A DNA stretch of 41,268 nt from Deltaproteobacteria bacterium (lineage in GTDB: Bacteria; Myxococcota; JACRCW01): positions 62,001 through 103,268 of the forward strand of contig JACRCW010000169.1 in NCBI GenBank assembly GCA_016218805.1, in the 5' to 3' direction. The notes below the pieces were generated by a model, which saw nothing but the letters and a program-made list of their open reading frames with translations, did no database searches and was not told where the DNA came from. Positions within the stretch are counted from its first letter, which is position 1. Each line of letters starts with the position of its first letter. The position numbers and the translations under genes were made by a program. This document shows positions 1-9,104 of this stretch, one piece after another.

Positions 1-198
1 CGTTCGTCCTTGCTTGGCGTTGGAGGCATCCTGCTGTCGCGCGTCAACCGCCCCATTACGGCCACATCGCTGTGGGAGCAGGTGCGGGGATTGCCGGAGG
101 TGGGAACCTACTACCGTTTTGTGCTTGCGCTTGATCTTCTCTTCCTCATCGGCGCGATTGACCTGAACGATGGTCTTCTCAAACGGACCGCCCCATGA
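1..198 (+). CDS. ABC-three-component (Lamassu) middle component, LmuC-like (5'-truncated by window edge)
   Basis: Frame is open from base 1 (RSSLLGVGG...). Small protein with 'FVLALDLLFLIGAI' typical of ABC-3C middle components. ATGA overlap with the downstream ABC ATPase. Confidence 0.75.
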   Translation, partial: RSSLLGVGGILLSRVNRPITATSLWEQVRGLPEVGTYYRFVLALDLLFLIGAIDLNDGLLKRTAP

Positions 199-1940
199 TC
201 CTGCGCCGAGTGTTCGCGAACGTGGCATCGTTCCGCGCGGTCAGCCTCGAGCCGGGGTTCAACGTCGTGTTGGCAGACACCACCCGGAATTCATCCGAGA
301 GGGACTCGCGCAACGGCCTTGGAAAGACCCTGCTTCTTGAGGTGGTCCATTTCTGCCTTGGGAGCAAGGCAGTCAAAGGTCAGGGGGTCTGCGTTCCCGC
401 CCTTGAAGGTTGGGAGTTTTCGCTGGAGATGGAAGTGGCAGGCCGGAATTTGACGGTCACAAGGCGTACGAATGACCCACGATGGGTTCTCCTGGCCGGC
501 GCCAACCTTTCCCTCCCAGTTCCCGTCGTGAACCACCCATCCCTCGCTCAGCCGGCCATGCCGGTTGACGATTGGAATCGCGCTTTGGGGGCAATGACAT
601 TCGGGTTGCCCACCTCCGGACAAGACAAGTACGCACCCTCGTTCAGGTCCCTTTTCTCCTACTTCGCACGCAAGTCACGTGGTTCTGCACTTGACCCCTT
701 CGCGCACTTCGAACGGCAACATGAGTGGGACAAGCAGGTGCACAACGCCTATTTGTTGGGCCTTCGCTGGGAAACAGCGTCAGAACTTCAGTTCATCAAG
801 GACCGCAAGGCGGGGTTGAAGAGCTTCAAGAGCGCGATCAAGGCCGGGGTCGTGAAGGGCTACGCCGGCACCCTGGCCGACTTGGAGGCAAAGCGCGTGC
901 GGCTGGAGGCAGACCTCGAACGACGAGTGGCCGATCTTGATGCCTTCCGCGTGCATGAGCAATTCCGAGAGATTGAGCAGGAGGCAGATCGTCTCACCCA
1001 ACAGATTCATTCCGTCTCGGATGACAACTTTGGCAAGCGCCGGTTGCTGACGACGTACAGGCGCAGCCTTGAGGAGGAGGCGCCACCTGGGCGGGCCGAT
1101 GTTGCTCGGCTCTATGCGGAGGCGGGGGTGGCACTTCCTGATGCCGCCAAACGCCGCCTGATGGATGTGGATGCGTTTCATGTGGCCGTGGTGAGCAATA
1201 GACGGTCTTTCCTCGACGCGGAGTGCCAACGCCTTGAGCGAGAGATCGCGGCGAATGATGCGCGCATTCATGATCTCAGCACAGCGCGCGCCACGCACAT
1301 GGAAATACTCAAGACGCACCGTGCTTTGGATGAGTACACTCGCCTCCAGAATGAGCTGGGTGTCCAGAGGATGGAACTCGCGAGCTTGCGCACCCTGGTG
1401 GAAAACATGCGCCAGCTTCGTGAGGGCGAGGGGGAGGTGCGACTTCAACAGGCGCAGACAGTCCAGGTTGGCCGTCGCGATTTTGACGAACGAGCATCGG
1501 TGCGCGATCAGGCAATTCGCCTGTTCAACGACAACAGCCAGTTCTTGTACGAGGCTCCTGGAAAACTTCTGGTCGATTTCGAGGAGAGAGGGTTCCGCTT
1601 TCGTGTGGAAATAGAACGGGCTGGTTCGGATGGCATTGAACAGATGAAGGTGTTCTGCTTCGACTTGATGCTTGCGCAACTATGGGCCACCCGTGACCCC
1701 TCGCCACGCTTTCTTTTCCACGACAGCCGATTGTTCGACGGTGTGGACGAGCGACAGCGTGCCCGGGCCCTGATTCTGGCGCAGCGTGAGTCGCACCAGC
1801 GAGGCTTCCAGTACATTGTGACATTGAACAGTGACGCGGTTCCAACGTCGCTACTCGGCAATTTCTCCCTTGACCAATATATGCGCCTCCGTCTCACGGA
1901 TAGCGACCCGGCTGGTTGCCTCCTCGGTATTCGGTTTTGA
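195..1940 (+). CDS. lmuB: Lamassu LmuB-like Rad50/SMC-type ABC ATPase (DUF2326 family)
   Basis: Walker A RNGLGKT, central coiled coil, SDG signature, Walker B/D-loop FLFHDS..FDGVDERQ, QYIVTLN, C-terminal LLGIRF; 581 aa. Confidence 0.85.
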   Translation: MILRRVFANVASFRAVSLEPGFNVVLADTTRNSSERDSRNGLGKTLLLEVVHFCLGSKAVKGQGVCVPALEGWEFSLEMEVAGRNLTVTRRTNDPRWVLLAGANLSLPVPVVNHPSLAQPAMPVDDWNRALGAMTFGLPTSGQDKYAPSFRSLFSYFARKSRGSALDPFAHFERQHEWDKQVHNAYLLGLRWETASELQFIKDRKAGLKSFKSAIKAGVVKGYAGTLADLEAKRVRLEADLERRVADLDAFRVHEQFREIEQEADRLTQQIHSVSDDNFGKRRLLTTYRRSLEEEAPPGRADVARLYAEAGVALPDAAKRRLMDVDAFHVAVVSNRRSFLDAECQRLEREIAANDARIHDLSTARATHMEILKTHRALDEYTRLQNELGVQRMELASLRTLVENMRQLREGEGEVRLQQAQTVQVGRRDFDERASVRDQAIRLFNDNSQFLYEAPGKLLVDFEERGFRFRVEIERAGSDGIEQMKVFCFDLMLAQLWATRDPSPRFLFHDSRLFDGVDERQRARALILAQRESHQRGFQYIVTLNSDAVPTSLLGNFSLDQYMRLRLTDSDPAGCLLGIRF

Positions 1941-1970
1941 TGAATTCGCGGTGCCGTACGGACCGCCGGA

Positions 1971-2744
1971 TTACGCGTCGGGAGCCTTCCTGAACACCGT
2001 CTCCCGGTGACAGTTCAAGTACACCCGGTGCCCATCCGCCAGCTTTTCCACCCGCATCTCCGGCTTCAATCCCAGAAGGACGCGGTCCTCTTCCTTGAGC
2101 ACCGCGGACACCACCACCGCGCCGTCGTCCGCGACCGTGATGAACCCACCGTCAAACAGCGCGTCCAGGTGTGGCGCAAGCAGGAGCCCATTGAAGACGT
2201 CAAGCCTCTCCGCGTCCGTGGCGCACGCCGCCCACGGCTTGATGTGGCTCGCGCGCAGCAACTCCGTCTGCCCCAGCCCGGTGATGGCGCACTTGCGCTC
2301 CCAGTAGTCCAGCAGCCCGCCGCGGAAGATGTTCTGCCCAACGCGCACCACCACCAGGCGCTCCGCCTCCGTGGTCACCGGCAGCGCGGCGGTTTCCTTC
2401 TTGAAGGTGTGGAGCAGCTCGTCGGGCAGCGTCCTGGCCAGGCCAAACGCGCGCCGCAGGAAGCGATGAACGTCCTCCACGCTGGGCATCGCGCGCGCGG
2501 CCACCGCCCCCTCCGGCAACGGCATCTGCGCTGGCTTCCCATACCCACCCATGGCGTGGGCCACGTTGAGCATGGAGAGCGCCACCACCACGCCATCCCC
2601 GCTGGAGGCCGTCAGCCACACACGCAACGGCGCCTGCGAGCTGGCAAAGACCATCCAGGAGCCGGCGGCGTTCCCGGGAAGGTCAAACCCTGTGTCCGTC
2701 GCGGCCTTCTCCAGGCGGACGGGGGATGGTGAGTGCGTCGTCAT
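1971..2744 (-). CDS. HNH endonuclease (HNH_2 type) with uncharacterised N-terminal domain
   Basis: RVGQ..FR, CAITG, LRASHIKPW, NGLLL..HLDALFD.G motifs. Confidence 0.85.
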   Translation of the reverse strand: MTTHSPSPVRLEKAATDTGFDLPGNAAGSWMVFASSQAPLRVWLTASSGDGVVVALSMLNVAHAMGGYGKPAQMPLPEGAVAARAMPSVEDVHRFLRRAFGLARTLPDELLHTFKKETAALPVTTEAERLVVVRVGQNIFRGGLLDYWERKCAITGLGQTELLRASHIKPWAACATDAERLDVFNGLLLAPHLDALFDGGFITVADDGAVVVSAVLKEEDRVLLGLKPEMRVEKLADGHRVYLNCHRETVFRKAPDA

Positions 2745-3109
2745 TTCTTGGCCAGAGCCCCCAGGACCAGCAGCGCCACCGCGGCCGCCCCAATCAGGAC
2801 AATGCCCCCGTCATCCCTGGTCCGGTTCAGTCGGACCTCAATGCCTTGGGCACGTGCGTTGTTGGCCGCGACGTCCGCCAGGCTCAGGAGCTGTCCCGGG
2901 GACACTCCAAGCGCGTGGCCAGCCAGGGCCAGTTGCTCCACGCCCACTGGGATGTCCCCGCGCTCGATGCGTGACCAGGTGGGCTGGGTCACCCCCACCG
3001 CCGCGGCCAGGTGGGTCTGGTCCAATCCGTGGCGCTCACGCAGCTCCTTGAGGACCCTCCCCACCAGCGCGGGATAGGTGGTGGCTGGCCGCACTGCTCT
3101 CGGATTCAT
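2741..3109 (-). CDS. XRE-family HTH regulator with C-terminal hydrophobic helix
   Basis: LRERHGLDQTHLAAAVGVTQPTWSRIERG HTH; C-terminal IVLIGAAAVALLVLGALAKK; ATGA overlap with HNH start. Confidence 0.8.
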   Translation of the reverse strand: MNPRAVRPATTYPALVGRVLKELRERHGLDQTHLAAAVGVTQPTWSRIERGDIPVGVEQLALAGHALGVSPGQLLSLADVAANNARAQGIEVRLNRTRDDGGIVLIGAAAVALLVLGALAKK

Positions 3110-3127
3110 GGCGCCTTCACCCCGTCA

Positions 3128-3172
3128 TACCTGGTACGGATAATGTATGCTGTGCGCATTTATGCGTGTCAA
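3128..3172 (-). promoter_or_regulatory. Putative sigma70 promoter with palindromic operator(s) for the HTH-HNH unit
   Basis: On the minus strand: TTGACA (3172-3167), 19-nt spacer, TACATT (3147-3142). Inverted repeat CGCAT-TT-ATGCG (3155-3166) lies in the spacer and TACC-T-GGTA (3128-3136) lies downstream. AT-rich patch in GC-rich DNA. Confidence 0.5.
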
Positions 3173-5109
3173 GCATGTGACCCCGTGGCCTGTCCGTTGG
3201 CCGCGTAAGCCTGGTGCGGGTGGGTCGGGGCATCCGGGTAGCGGAGAACCAAACGCCCCTGGTCCACCAGCGGGCGAAGGTGGTGAATCCTAAGCGTTGA
3301 CGGGGCCTTACCCGTCAGACTGGCGAGCTGGGGCAGGGTCAGATACCGCCCACCGCAGAGCTTCAGGATGCCCTCCTGGAGCTGGGCCGGGCTGATGCGC
3401 TTCCTGGAGCGCAAGGACGCCGCCAGAGCCTCTTCCTCGGCCGTGAGCGGGGGCGATACCTCGGCCACCGTACTGTCGCTTTGTACGGAGCTTGGGGCGC
3501 TCTGTACGGAGCTGGGCCCGCTCTGTTCGGAGGTCGCCGTGCTGGCTACCCCCGCGGGCGCGACCTCGGGTTCGTCCGGCCCAAACCCGTTGTCCGCCGC
3601 CTTCGGGGGCTCACCGGGGAAGTAGTAGACGGTCCGCTTGTGCGCGCCGCTGGACTCCAACCACCCCTTCCGCACCAGCGCGTTCAGCGCCAGCGAAACA
3701 TCCCGCGGATGCTGGTCAATCATGCCCACTAGGCGCGGGTGGCTCACCTTCCCTTCCGTGGCCACCGTGACCAGCGCGAGCCGCTGCACCTCGGTGACCT
3801 CCGCCATCTCGGCGGTGCCGAACCGCGTCTCAAGCCCGCGCATGACGTCACCGGGAAGGAGGCTCACCGTGCGGAGGGTGAAGAGGGTCTGCTCCAGCGG
3901 CTCGGTCTGGTCCTGGATGTCCGGCGCCGCCCAATGTTGCCCTTTCCATGCGCTGCGAATCTTCGGGATGCCTGAACCAGCCTGCTCCCCGAGCCCCACG
4001 TAGCGGAACATGTCCTGGAGGCGGCGATTGCGGCAGTCGCTGTGGCCACCTTGCAGCACTGCGTCCACGGGCAAACGCATGGTCCCGGGATTGCGGAAGC
4101 CGAACAGGTCCGGCCGCTTCACCACCAGCACCGAGGCCCGACCGGTGTAGTCCGCGTGGATGAGCGTGTTCACCAATGCTTCGCGCAGCGCCTCGTGGAC
4201 GGCGGTCTCTTCAACGCGCGTGTCTCCCCGAAGTGCAAAAGGCACCTTTAGGTCACGGACCAAGCGCGGAAACACCAGGTGGTAGAAGTCGAACAGATTC
4301 CCGGACCAGGCGCCGTCCGTCGTCAACCGGTCCACCCAGCGGAGGTCCCGCTTGGCGTCGGGGCGCTCCTGGTAGTCCAGCATGTAGAAGGGGAACTTCT
4401 CCTTGATGGCGTTGAGATTGCCAAACATCAGCAGGCCCGCCGCTGTGAGACCCTCCTTCTCTGTCTCCCGGTCTCGTCGCCATCCGCCAATCGCCTTGAG
4501 GAAGGATGGGTCATCTTCGCGCGCCCACGGATGGTCAGGGGTGCGTGCCGCATAGCGCTGACGGTACTGGCGGAACGTCTCCTTGTTGACGTCGTCCATG
4601 CCGAAGCGCTCCAGCACGTCGGCGTCGCGGGTTTCGTCGCGCTGCTCCGCCAGCATCCTGCGGACCACATCGTCAGGGCAGAGGTAGTCCCCCTCATGAT
4701 TGCGGCGATAGGTGCCGCGCATGGGGTTGCTGCCGATGAAAATGGGCCGCTGTGTTCGGAGCGCCCGCGGCACGCGGACCTGAATGATGTTCTTCCCGTC
4801 CACATCCACCACCTGGACGTCGGCGTCCGTGAGGATGTTGGAGCTGACGCGCTGCGGGTTGTTCAGCGAGTCCCAGAGATTCTTCTGCACCCGCTGCGGC
4901 TCAGGAATGCCGAGAACCTCCAGCGTGCCGTCATGTCGCTCGGCAACGCCGAGGAGAACCAGGCCGCCGTTGGTGTTGGCGAACGCGGAGTAGGTGGGGA
5001 AGAAGTCCGACGGCAGCTCGCCGCGCCCGCTGGAACCCAGGGCGCGCTTGGCTTCGAGGTCCATGCCCTCAAGGCGCTGAAGGAAGGTCACGATGCTGAC
5101 ACTACTCAT
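3169..5109 (-). CDS. AlbA_2/Schlafen-domain protein with HATPase_c_4 (RecG C-terminal-like) domain and C-terminal wHTH
   Basis: E..DLEAK, SAFANTNGG.VLLGV (AlbA_2); ALREALVN.LIHADY, NPG, CRN..L, GEQAGSG (HATPase_c_4). Confidence 0.8.
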   Translation of the reverse strand: MSSVSIVTFLQRLEGMDLEAKRALGSSGRGELPSDFFPTYSAFANTNGGLVLLGVAERHDGTLEVLGIPEPQRVQKNLWDSLNNPQRVSSNILTDADVQVVDVDGKNIIQVRVPRALRTQRPIFIGSNPMRGTYRRNHEGDYLCPDDVVRRMLAEQRDETRDADVLERFGMDDVNKETFRQYRQRYAARTPDHPWAREDDPSFLKAIGGWRRDRETEKEGLTAAGLLMFGNLNAIKEKFPFYMLDYQERPDAKRDLRWVDRLTTDGAWSGNLFDFYHLVFPRLVRDLKVPFALRGDTRVEETAVHEALREALVNTLIHADYTGRASVLVVKRPDLFGFRNPGTMRLPVDAVLQGGHSDCRNRRLQDMFRYVGLGEQAGSGIPKIRSAWKGQHWAAPDIQDQTEPLEQTLFTLRTVSLLPGDVMRGLETRFGTAEMAEVTEVQRLALVTVATEGKVSHPRLVGMIDQHPRDVSLALNALVRKGWLESSGAHKRTVYYFPGEPPKAADNGFGPDEPEVAPAGVASTATSEQSGPSSVQSAPSSVQSDSTVAEVSPPLTAEEEALAASLRSRKRISPAQLQEGILKLCGGRYLTLPQLASLTGKAPSTLRIHHLRPLVDQGRLVLRYPDAPTHPHQAYAANGQATGSHA

Positions 5110-5917
5110 TCGTGGCCCCCCGCCCAGCGCCTCCAGCTTTGCGCGCCTCCCAGGTTGAGACCAAGAAGTCGGTCATTGAGCCAGCAAGATTCACCGCGAG
5201 CTGGGCGTGCCGCGGCTGCGGTGCCACGCGTCTCCGCCCCGCACCATGCGCATCACCGAGCTTGTTGCGCAGTGTGCCCAGGCCTTCCACCACCGATGTG
5301 CATCCTCCAAGGATGCGCTTGAAAGTGTCCTCCTCATGCTGGGAGGGAGCCAGGTTCATGGCCTTCGCAACCAACGCATAGAGCTTGGGAAGGTCCGCGT
5401 GGTCATCGTACTGCTGGCCAAGGTCGTCCAAGATGTGTTTGCAGGCGGCCTCAAGGAGCGCACGCGCCGCGGTGATGGCACCCTCCGGGTCATTGTCCTT
5501 GCGTGCCAGTGCCTTCTGCCACGCGGACTGCACTGCCTCTGGGCTCAGCCGGGCCAGCGCGTCCGGGTCCGACGGCGACACGCCTGGCTGCGCCTCAAGT
5601 GCGCCCAGAACCCCCGCAAACGCATCGTAGATGATCGTCCTGCGCTCCGCGTAGGATGGCGCTTTGTGCTTGATGAGGTGCCAAAACTGGTTGAGGTCCC
5701 GGCAGGTTCGCACAAATTGGGGCAGCTTCGCAGCGACGTAGGAATCCAACAGCACCTGCCGCAACTCCGCGTAAGGGCCGGTGTGCCCCCCGCCCGTCGC
5801 TACGCCAACCAGCAAGTTCTGAAGTGACAGTGCGGTTTCCAGCAAGGCCTTGGCGGCTTGGGGGCCTGCGGGTGCAGAAACCAACGACGCGGGCGCCTTT
5901 GTCGTCGTCCCTTTCAT
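5102..5917 (-). CDS. Abortive infection family protein (Abi_C, HEPN-like)
   Basis: DPEGAITAARALLEAACKHIL and LRNKLGDAHG (RN...H) motifs, then ARHAQLAVNLAG-type helix (PRHAQLAVNLAG). Confidence 0.8.
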   Translation of the reverse strand: MKGTTTKAPASLVSAPAGPQAAKALLETALSLQNLLVGVATGGGHTGPYAELRQVLLDSYVAAKLPQFVRTCRDLNQFWHLIKHKAPSYAERRTIIYDAFAGVLGALEAQPGVSPSDPDALARLSPEAVQSAWQKALARKDNDPEGAITAARALLEAACKHILDDLGQQYDDHADLPKLYALVAKAMNLAPSQHEEDTFKRILGGCTSVVEGLGTLRNKLGDAHGAGRRRVAPQPRHAQLAVNLAGSMTDFLVSTWEARKAGGAGRGATNE

Positions 5918-6459
5918 GTGCTCGGCTCCGCCGGTTCAGGCAGTTGGCCGCTCTTCTCCATTCGGTCCCATGCTTCAAGCACGAGGCGCCGCGTCCGGTA
6001 CTCCCCATAGAGACGCTGCTCCTTCTCCTTGAGCACGCGGAACGTCTCGGACGGGTAGTCCTCACCCATCACGTCTACCGGGTCTAACACGTAGCGCAGC
6101 TCATCCCGGGAAAGGCCGTAGAGTGCGGCAAGACATGCATCCAGTTCGGCACGAATCAGCGCGCGTGGCAGCCCTGTAGTTGGTGCCTTCAGTGTGATGC
6201 CCAGATCCTCCGTGAAGGGTCGCACGGCCGCGGTCCCACCTACCAACGCCGCAACCCGCGGAACAATGAACGACTCTGACCTGGCAATGGCCTGTGGTGG
6301 CAACACCGGGAACTGCTTGAAGTACCCGTAGGTGAGATGGGTCCCGCCGACCTTCTGACGCGCCACAAAGTCCAGCACGAGCGAGTTGAGGACTGCCAGT
6401 AGACATGCGGCTTGCGGCGCTCCCAAACCAGCGCGTGGGAAGATCAAGGGCAGCACGTG
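5914..6459 (-). pseudogene. C-terminal remnant of Eco57I/DrmMI-like N6-adenine methylase (type IIG-like)
   Basis: LNSLVLDFVARQKVGGTHL..FKQFPVLPP, RAELDA..LYGLSRDELRYVLD, ETFRVLKEKE..YGEYRTRRLVLEAWD. No start codon or catalytic motifs of its own. Confidence 0.75.
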
Positions 6460-7103
6460 GTCCTGCCGGGTCATCAGGAGTTCCAACATCATGAAGTTGG
6501 TGAGGAGGATGTCGGGCGGGTTGTCCGCCACCAGGGTCGCTCCTCGGTTTTCTCCTGGCCGGTGTAGCGGGCGAACGTGATGGGTGTGGCCCCAGCGACG
6601 TGGCTGGTGAACTTCTCCAGCTCTTCCATCTGGCTGTTGGCCAGCGCATTCATCGGATAGATGATGATGGCCCGCGTCCTCTTGCCCGGGTCCTTGTCCC
6701 GCGCTGAGAGGATGGAGCTGACAACTGGGATGAAAAAGCACAGTGACTTGCCCGACCCCGTTCCGGTGGTGACGACGTAACTCTGATGGTCGTTGGCCAG
6801 GGCGATGGCCTGCTCCTGATGTTTGTAGAGGGAGAGCGGCACGCCCCCATCAGTCCCGAAAATCTCCGCGCACTTCGGGTGCAGCACTCCAGCGTCCACC
6901 AACTTCTTCACGTCCGTGGTGCGGCGGTAGTTGGGGTTGATCTGGATCAAGGGCTCCGGCCAGAAGCGGTCTCCTTCGTGGATGGCGTTGACCCTGTCCT
7001 TGATGTCCGGCGCGTGGATGGTGGTGAAGGACGTCGCAAACGCCCGGTACTCCCCCACCACGCTGTCGCGTAGGGAGAAAACGTCCATGTGCCGCTTGGT
7101 CAT
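6460..7103 (-). pseudogene. N-terminal remnant of a large DEAD/DEAH-box defence helicase, frameshifted and truncated
   Basis: MDVFSLRD..WPEPLIQINP, LYKHQ, TGTGSGKS (Walker A), YPMNALANSQ, RYTGQE. A 1-nt loss near 6537 shifts NPPDILLTNFMMLELLMTRQD into another frame. Ends before the DExH motif. Confidence 0.8.
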
Positions 7104-7470
7104 CGTTTCCCCTGCTGTGAGAACCACTTTCGCAGCCAACGGTCGGGCATGGCGAGCCCGGTCAGCCCGTTGCGGGCCCGGAGGGGTCGTTTCTCGGGTA
7201 GCCCAGTCCAACCCAACAATGACGGCGCCGTCGCGGTGGCGGCAACACCGGCGGCCGTCAGGTGACCCCACAGAGCCAGGCCCCGCCACCGCGAGCCATT
7301 GCCTTCGCCGGCGGAAGCCCCAGCGCACGTGGGCGGGCTTGTGCCCTGAAACTCAGACGTCAGGCTGCGCGAGGCGTGCGCCATGAAGATCTCCCGGAGG
7401 GGCGAGGCGAGCGGGGCACGTTCACCGATTCACTGCCAGGGATCAACAGGTTGCTGCGCCGTCGCCGAGG

Positions 7471-8160
7471 CTAGTGTGACGTCTCCACGGCCAGGAGGAA
7501 CCGCCGCTGCTGCGCGGCGTCTCTGGTGAACGCGAGCACGCGATCGAACCGTGAAAGGTCCTCCCAACCGTACTCCTTGCACGCCGTCTGGAAGGCGGTC
7601 CAGACCGTGGAGGAATCCACCGCGTTCACCACTTGGACGAGCGGCGTCACCGCCGTGAGCGCCACGTGGTGATCACCGCGGGGATACGCTTCGCTGAGCC
7701 ACCACGGCAGCGTTTCCTTTGCCCGGTAACCCCAGACACCCAGCAGGGAGTTCCAGATGGCGTCGCCACCCGGGGGAAGGTGCCGTGCCACCGGGACGTC
7801 AGCGGTCACGTCGTGGAGGATGTCCCATTCGGCCAGGTAGTCGGCGTTGCACCGCCATGCCACCGCGGAGACAACCGCCCGGGCGTACTCACCCTGGACA
7901 TTGACATCGCCCTGGGAATCCACGGCGTCACGCAACATGGCGCGCTCGTCATCAGCGTGGCGTTGGAGCAACTGGACACGCTGGAAATCCGGCACCTGCG
8001 GGTTGGCTTTGAGCTTCCGTTCCAGCGCGGCGGTCGTGAAGCGGATGGAGTCCTCAACCATGCCGTACCAATCCTGGGTGCTCAGCGTACGGGGCAGATG
8101 GAGCAACGCGTCCAGCCGTCCGGCATCCAGGGCGTAGTGCTCCGCGTGAGTGTTCCCCAT
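7471..8160 (-). CDS. Hypothetical protein (termini loosely resemble YfbM/DUF1877)
   Basis: 229-aa ORF with AAGGGAG RBS and protein-like composition. Confidence 0.6.
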   Translation of the reverse strand: MGNTHAEHYALDAGRLDALLHLPRTLSTQDWYGMVEDSIRFTTAALERKLKANPQVPDFQRVQLLQRHADDERAMLRDAVDSQGDVNVQGEYARAVVSAVAWRCNADYLAEWDILHDVTADVPVARHLPPGGDAIWNSLLGVWGYRAKETLPWWLSEAYPRGDHHVALTAVTPLVQVVNAVDSSTVWTAFQTACKEYGWEDLSRFDRVLAFTRDAAQQRRFLLAVETSH

Positions 8161-8319
8161 GGCGCTCCCTTGTCACGGCCGCTGGGGTGCCCCAGCGCAA
8201 ACCGCCAATCCGGGTGGCACATCTAACCGACCGGCGCTTCCAAGTGGAATCCTGCTCAGCACCGCCTGTCCAGCGCCATCCAACTCGCGTTATCTCCACC
8301 ACCGAAGTGACACGCGCGT

Positions 8320-9048
8320 TCAGTTCCTACGCTCAACCGTGGCGTCCAGCCCGTCTACCTCCGCCGCCACGCGCGCCCGCCAACCGGGTCCCAACAGAGT
8401 GTCCAGCGGCGTGGCCAGGTCCGCGGGGACCGGCGCGTGGAGCGCCAGCGCTTCCCCCGTCACCGGGTGCGTCAACGTGAGCCGGTGCGCGTGCAGCGCC
8501 AGCCGCGTGGGTCCGCCCTGCCCAACCAGCGCGCGGTTGAAGCGGTTGTCACCGTGTGACGCGTCCCCCACCACGGGGTGGCGCAGGTGCTTGAGGTGGC
8601 GGCGGACCTGGTGGTGGCGCCCGGTGTGGATCTCCACGGCCACCAGCGTCACGCGCTCCGTCACGCCCGGGCACAGCGCGCGCACCGTGGAGCGGGCGTC
8701 CCGGCGGACGCCGTCCTCGCCGGTGACGGGGTGGTCCACCACCTGCGCACCCTCCAGGTTGCCCCGCACCAGCGCCAGGTAGTGCTTGCGGGTGGGCGGT
8801 CCGTGCCAGGCGTCCTGCAGCGCGCGCGCCGTGTCCGCGTCCAGCGCCAGCAGCACCACGCCGCTGGCGCCCCGGTCCAGCCGGTGCACGCCAAAGACCG
8901 GCACGCCCAGCACCGCACGCGCATGACGGGCCAGTGACTCCTCGCGCGGGCCTGACCATGCCGAGTTGTGGACGAGGAGCCCGGAGGGCTTGAGCCACGC
9001 GACGAGGTGGGGGTCGCGGTGGAGCAGCGGGAGCGGATCAGCCGGCAT
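8320..9048 (-). CDS. truC: RluA-family pseudouridine synthase, TruC-like
   Basis: KPSGLLVH, HRLDRGASG, TGRHHQVRRH, GDASHGDNRFNR, LALHA. Confidence 0.8.
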   Translation of the reverse strand: MPADPLPLLHRDPHLVAWLKPSGLLVHNSAWSGPREESLARHARAVLGVPVFGVHRLDRGASGVVLLALDADTARALQDAWHGPPTRKHYLALVRGNLEGAQVVDHPVTGEDGVRRDARSTVRALCPGVTERVTLVAVEIHTGRHHQVRRHLKHLRHPVVGDASHGDNRFNRALVGQGGPTRLALHAHRLTLTHPVTGEALALHAPVPADLATPLDTLLGPGWRARVAAEVDGLDATVERRN

Positions 9049-9104
9049 ACCGCGCCTTCATGCCCTGGCGCGCGGACGGCGTCACCTCCCCCCAGGGTGG
9101 CGCG

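Noticed and set aside
3470..3535. 21-bp triple repeat
   Set aside because: Encodes a low-complexity linker (SEQSGPSSVQSAPSSVQS) inside the AlbA_2 protein; not an independent element.
5914..7328. ORFs 5914..6741 and 6489..7328 as two intact genes
   Set aside because: Each is part real and part out-of-frame sequence. A single frameshifted chimeric pseudogene starting at 7103 explains both.
7104..7470. tRNA, att site or structured ncRNA at the island border
   Set aside because: Only a weak GC-rich inverted repeat (about 7220-7260); no cloverleaf or direct repeat recognisable.
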